Assembly: GCA_002269645.1 (NCBI GenBank)
Contig: NIVC01000567.1
Coordinates: 62,001 to 126,000 of the forward strand
Direction of reading: 5' to 3'
From: Macrostomum lignano
Taxonomy: Eukaryota
DNA length: 64,000 nt
Part shown: one piece after another, positions 58,960 through 64,000 of the stretch
How positions within the stretch are numbered: position 1 is the first letter of the stretch
How the letters are laid out: each line of letters starts with the position of its first letter
Program-made: the position numbers and the translations under genes
The notes under the pieces: generated by a model
The model's database searches: none
What the model was told of the DNA's origin: nothing
The model's input: only the letters and a program-made list of their open reading frames with translations

Positions 58960-59384
58960 TTTTAAAAATATTTTGAAACATTTTGTGAAATTAGAAATAG
59001 CGAGGCTTTTATAACGACTGGGCATGTGTCAGGGAGGGTTGTGCAATTTATCATGCAACAAAAGCGATAGTTTTTTTAAATGGATGCACGATGGACTCGC
59101 AGGCTCATAAATCATTTGGTCAGTTGTTCTGTCGATGTACATATGGATATGTACGATTGAGGTGTGTACAGCATGATCTACATTGCAACGAATATGGTTT
59201 TAAAAGCTAAGTAGTTGTGCAAGTGACTTGTAACTTTCTTCTATTGTACCTTTTTGATGTATTCTAATTGATTAACTCTAATTAAAAGGAAGTAGTTATT
59301 TTTAATTAGAAAAAGTAATTACCTTTAATTAAAGAGAAGTAATTACGGTAAATTAGAGAAGAGAATTAATTAATTAAAAAAGTG

Positions 59385-60516
59385 AGGAGGAGTCACCTGT
59401 TAGACACAGATGAGTCACCTGTTAGACACACAGGAGTCACCTGTTAGACACAAAGGAGTCACCTGTTAGACACAGAGTAGACACCTGTTAGACACAGATG
59501 AGTCACCTGTTAGACACAGAGGAGTCACCTGTTAGACACAAAGGAGTCACCTGTTAGACACAAAGTAGTCACCTGTTAGACACAGAGTAGACACCTGTTA
59601 GACACAAAGGAGTCACCTGTTAGACACAGAGTAGACACCTGTTAGACACAAAGGAGTCACCTGTTAGACACAAAGGAGTCACCTGTTAGACACAGATGAG
59701 TCACCTGTTAGGCACAGATGAGTCACCTGTTAGACACAAAGGAGTCACCTGTTAGACACAGAGTCTAGACACCTGTTAGACACAGAGGAGTCACCTGTTA
59801 GACACAAAGGAGTCACCTGTTAGACACAGAGAAGACACCTGTTAGACACAGATGAGTCACCTGTTAGACACAGATGAGTCACCTGTTAGACACAAAGGAG
59901 TCACCTGTTAGACACAAAGTAGTCACCTGTTAGACACAGAGTAGACACCTGTTAGACACAAAGGAGTCACCTGTTAGACACAGAGTAGACACCTGTTAGA
60001 CACAAAGGAGTCACCTGTTAGACACAAAGGAGTCACCTGTTAGACACAGATGAGTCACCTGTTAGGCACAGATGAGTCACCTGTTAGACACAAAGGAGTC
60101 ACCTGTTAGACACAGAGTCTAGACACCTGTTAGACACAGAGGAGTCACCTGTTAGACACAAAGGAGTCACCTGTTAGACACAGAGAAGACACCTGTTAGA
60201 CACAGATGAGTCACCTGTTAGACACAGATGAGTCACCTGTTAGACACAAAGGAGTCACCTGTTAGACACAAAGTAGTCACCTGTTAGACACAGAGTAGAC
60301 ACCTGTTAGACACAAAGGAGTCACCTGTTAGACACAGAGTAGACACCTGTTAGACACAAAGGAGTCACCTGTTAGACACAAAGGAGTCACCTGTTAGACA
60401 CAGATGAGTCACCTGTTAGACACAGATGAGTCACCTGTTAGACACAAAGGAGTCACCTGTTGGACACAGAGTCTAGACACCTGTTAGACACAGAGGAGTC
60501 ACCTGTTAGACACAGA
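59385..60516. repeat. 22-bp minisatellite GAGTCACCTGTTAGACACA(GAT/AAG) with a 354-bp higher-order period
   Basis: Visible units; the marker variant GAGTCTAGACACC recurs at 59761, 60115 and 60469. Confidence 0.97.
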
Positions 60517-61152
60517 AACTTGTAAAACTGACTTCTTGGATATTCTAAATATTTTTTAGTTCCCTGTAAATCCCTGGTAAACAAGAGGCCTGACAATTAT
60601 GAAAGAAACATCGATAATAACTCATTTCTTACAGGTCTCGGGGGTCACGGATACCATAAAAATCGATAGAAGAAAACAAGCAAAAAATCGCTTGCACAAT
60701 TGCAACTTGATTTCGATAGAATTTATTTCTGCTTTTAACAACCCGCCACGTCCTGTGAATAAGTACCTAATGACACTCTAGTAGTACGTACCCCATGGGA
60801 TTAGAAATTACGAGCGTAGGAGCTCTTACTCCCACTCGATCGGTATAAAGGACGAATCGAAAAATCCGTAATTTTCAATCAGTCGATTTTCTCAACGCAA
60901 GTACAGCCGAAAATGTCGATTTTTTAACGTTTGCCAATTTTACAAACTATTTTTTTTCTACAGCCTGGCTACTCTACTTGTTAGTAGTGCAAACATTTAC
61001 ATGTACGCCGGGAATTATGAGTATCGAGAGAGCAAGAATCAATTGCTCATCGGTGAATTATTAGAGCCGATCTTGTATGTTGTATCTGCTCAGAAGTCAG
61101 CGGAATGGGCAGAGTTGCCGTCAGTCAGCGCTTATTCTTTATTCTCACATAG

Positions 61153-61327
61153 AATTAATCTAAGAACACCCAGTTACTCCAGCTGCATCTTTGACTATTT
61201 AACTGTCGACCCGCTGGGCCTGAGGCTGTGCGGTCAGACGGTTCCGAGACCTCTGACTGTACCAGGTGGCCGATTCCAACTGAGCTTTCGAGCCTTATTT
61301 AAGGATGGCAATGGTGCTGAACGTCCG
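61153..61327 (+). CDS. Probable exon encoding the C-terminal half of a CUB domain; gene boundaries unresolved
   Basis: CIFDYLTV...RLCGQTVPRPLTVPGGRFQLSF fits the CUB pattern C.YDYL...CG..P....L.F; pyrimidine-rich acceptor ending CACATAG and donor CCG/GTATGA. Confidence 0.6.
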
Positions 61328-61687
61328 GTATGAAATGGGAATCCTTTTTTTAAATTTTCATTGCGATACTACTATGAGTATTTTAATTAAAAAAATCTGT
61401 AAAATCTAAAAATAAAGAATTTTGTGATTTTACTTTAAGCGCCAATGACTGTAAAAGTGTTATTATAATATCAGTGTTAAGGACTACTAGTTCTAATACT
61501 CAAGGACAACTAATTAAAATATTCAAGGACTACTACATGTAATTTAAATGGTCAGGCAACTACTAATTTTTAACTCACAGCCTCCGACATCAAAGTCACC
61601 ATTGCCAACGCAGCACCCAAGCACCTGCGGCATTTCGGCTGTAGGCGATTATCTTTTTCTTAGAAAACCAGCGGATTTCCTATTCAC

Positions 61688-62290
61688 CAATCCGCTCTCT
61701 CCTGTTCACTAATCCGCCCTCTCCTGTTCACTAATCCGCTCTCTCCTTTTCACTAATCCGCTCTCTCCTGTTCACTAATCCGCCCTCTCCTGTTCACTAA
61801 TCCGCCCTCTCCTGTTCACTAATCCGCTCTCTCCTGTTCACTAATCCGCCCTCTCCTGTTCACTAATCCGCTCTCTCCTTTTCACTAATCCGCTCTCTCC
61901 TGTTCACTAATCCGCCCTCTCCTGTTCACTAATCCGCTCTCTCCTGTTCACCAATCCGCTCTCTCCTGTTCACCAATCCGCTCTCTACTCCAATCCGCTC
62001 TCTACTCCAATCCGCTCTCTACTCCAATCCGCTCTCTCCTGTTCACCAATCCGCTCTCTACTCCAATCCGCTCTCTACTACCAATCCGCTCTTACCCCGA
62101 TCCGCTCTTTACTCCGATCCGCTCTCTACTCCAATCCGCTCTCTACTCCAATCCGCTCTCTACTCCAATCCGCTCTCTACTCCAATCCGCTCTCTACTCC
62201 AATCCGCTCTCTACTCCAATCCGCTCTCTACTACCAATCCGCTCTTACCCCGATCCGCTCTTTACTCCGATCCGCTCTCTACTCCAATCA
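61688..62290. repeat. Minisatellite switching from a 22-bp unit (TAATCCGCTCTCTCCTGTTCAC) to a 17-bp unit (CAATCCGCTCTCTACTC)
   Basis: Visible units with a shared AATCCGCTCTCT core. Confidence 0.95.
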
Positions 62291-62774
62291 AGTTTCTGCT
62301 ATAACCCGATCTCTACCCAATGTACTTTTTAAGGAATTTTATCTAGGCAAACAAAATCGCGCCAACTTAAATCTTGAAATCCAATTTCAGCCGTCAAAGT
62401 TTGCGGAGTCTACGCCAGAGCTGACGGAGAGATCAAACGCTGGATTGAATTGGTGACTGGACGTCCCCTGTGAACTCGCTGAATAATATTAGCCATGCCC
62501 TTACTGTGCTACTAGTCAGTAAGCTATTGAAAAAATCAAATAAAGTTTTGATTGTTCCTGAGATAAACAATAGCTCTATTAATTGTTAATGATTTATTTT
62601 TTCATATGTTCCAATTCTTTTTCCTATTTTTCATCTGTAATAGCAAGAAAATGATATTTTAAAGCATTAAAGTACATTTGATTTTATGAGCTGAAGTACT
62701 GTAAAAATAAAATATACAAATTTAGCTTCATTCCTGTCATTCTCTTTTTGTTGCTCTCTTGACTCTCTCACACT

Positions 62775-63480
62775 TTTCCTGTCACTCTCTTCCCGCTCCT
62801 CTTTTCCCGTCACCGTCCTTATCGTCACTCTCTTTCCGTCACTCTCTTCCCGTCACTCTCTTCCCGGTCCTCTTTTCCCGTCACCGTCCTTATCGTCACT
62901 CTCTTTCCGTCACTCTCTTCCCGTCACTCTTTTCCCGTCACTCTCTTCCCGTCACTCTTTTCCCGTCACTCTTTTCCCGTCACTCTCTTCCCGTCACTCT
63001 TTTCCCGTCACTCTTTTCCCGTCACTCTTTTCCCGTCACTCTCTTCCCGTCACTCTTTTCCCGTCGCACTCTTTCCGTCACACTCTTCCCGTGCCTCTCT
63101 TCCCGTCACTCTCTTCCCGTCACTCTCTTCCCGTCACTCTCTTCCCGTCACTCTCTTCCCGTCACTCTCTTCCCGTCACTCTCTTCCTGTCACTCTCTTC
63201 CCGTCACTCTCTTCCCGTCACTCTCTTCCCGTCACTCTCTTCCCGTCACTCTCTTCCCGTCACTCTCTTCCCGGTCCTCTTTTCCCGTCACCGTCCTTGT
63301 CGTCACTCTCTTCCCGTCACTCTCTTCCCTTCACTCTTTTCCCGTCACTCTCTTCCCGTCACTCTTTACCCATCACTCTCTTCCCGTCACTCTCTTCCCG
63401 TCACACTCTTCCCGTCACTCTCTTCCCGTCACTCTCTTCCCTTCACACTCTTTCCTTCACACTCTTCCCGTCACTTTACC
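62775..63480. repeat. 14-bp minisatellite TCACTCTCTTCCCG
   Basis: Visible units; accounts for ORFs 62759..63661, 63091..63585 and 63297..63644. Confidence 0.96.
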
Positions 63481-63554
63481 TGTCACTATCTTCCTGGCAC
63501 TCTCTTCCTTTCACGCATTACCTGTCACTCTCATTCACTCTCATCCTGTCCCTC

Positions 63555-64000
63555 TCACTCTCTCCAGCTGTCATCCTGCCTCTGAAAATTGGAGCCCTCA
63601 GGTTCGGGCAGGAACAGGGCCAATATTTGATCATTTTTCATTAGCAGCTCGGCTTGAATAATTTTACCCTTGCGAGTCAACTGAAGGCGTCGCACAAACG
63701 AATGCACTTTGCTCAAGTAGCTGCAGTCGGTTCTCATATGGTTGAAGTACTTGAACAAGCAGTTGGATTGGAAGTCTCTACCATAGACAGCCGTGAGGAA
63801 CCGGTCCGGCTGGTTGGGCGCCGGCAGTAAGTACGGGCCGAACGGACGAACTCGCAAAGGATAAACGTAGTCAATGGGAAACTTCCGCGGAGCTTCCTGT
63901 CTGTCATAAACGCGTCCTTTCACTCTGCCGAAAAAGAAGTCCACAATTGTTTTGCACTGTTTTCTCGCGCTGAGATTTTGGCCAACTAATCCGCATAGGA
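63555..64000 (-). CDS. 3' part of a probable LicD/fukutin-family nucleotidyltransferase-fold protein, 5'-partial
   Basis: The frame stays open to the window edge; IVDFFF followed by VYPLRVRPFGPYLLPAPNQPDRFLTAVYG resembles the LicD/FKTN/FKRP pattern FPL...F.G...PAP..P..YL...YG. Confidence 0.55.
   Translation of the reverse strand, partial: LCGLVGQNLSARKQCKTIVDFFFGRVKGRVYDRQEAPRKFPIDYVYPLRVRPFGPYLLPAPNQPDRFLTAVYGRDFQSNCLFKYFNHMRTDCSYLSKVHSFVRRLQLTRKGKIIQAELLMKNDQILALFLPEPEGSNFQRQDDSWRE

Noticed and set aside
42005-62430. 16-bp match ACGCCAGAGCTGACGG at about 42007 and 62412
   Set aside because: Isolated short match with no flanking similarity; compatible with chance.

Overview
Eukaryotic (animal) genomic DNA with GT-AG introns, very dense minisatellites and transposon relics. 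The architecture resembles repeat-rich flatworm genomes such as Macrostomum; this is an inference, not verified. Genes supported from the sequence: an intronless class A peptide-type GPCR (3358-4698, +); an intronless M1 aminopeptidase N-like gene (11064-13400, +); a 4-exon arginase (17912-15402, -); an 8-exon Dishevelled (34885-23315, -), whose first DIX exon is absent from the ORF track; a tandem trio of intronless DEG/ENaC channel genes (36807-38633, 45512-47239 with two frameshifts, 49318-51123, all -); a 5-exon DEPDC1/7-like gene (58959-54829, -); a CUB-domain exon (about 61.2 kb, +); and a LicD/fukutin-like C-terminal fragment at the window edge (-). Mobile elements: a Penelope-like GIY-YIG relic with a hammerhead-like motif and a non-autonomous hAT element with a perfect 8-bp TSD (both in Dvl intron 1), an RTE-type LINE fragment with a (GTT)n tail, two related hAT/Tip100-like MITEs (one carrying its own minisatellite), a decayed mariner and a tRNA-derived SINE-like element. 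Main points of interest: (i) the three DEG/ENaC paralogues form a patchwork of near-identical and highly divergent blocks, with copy 3 chimeric between copies 1 and 2; (ii) almost every intron carries a different minisatellite, and these arrays share a few core motifs (CAGGGGCG, GATTCT, TGGCGCC, CAGGTG) that also occur in MITE ends and interiors; (iii) a hammerhead-like motif lies in the sense strand of the Dishevelled pre-mRNA.
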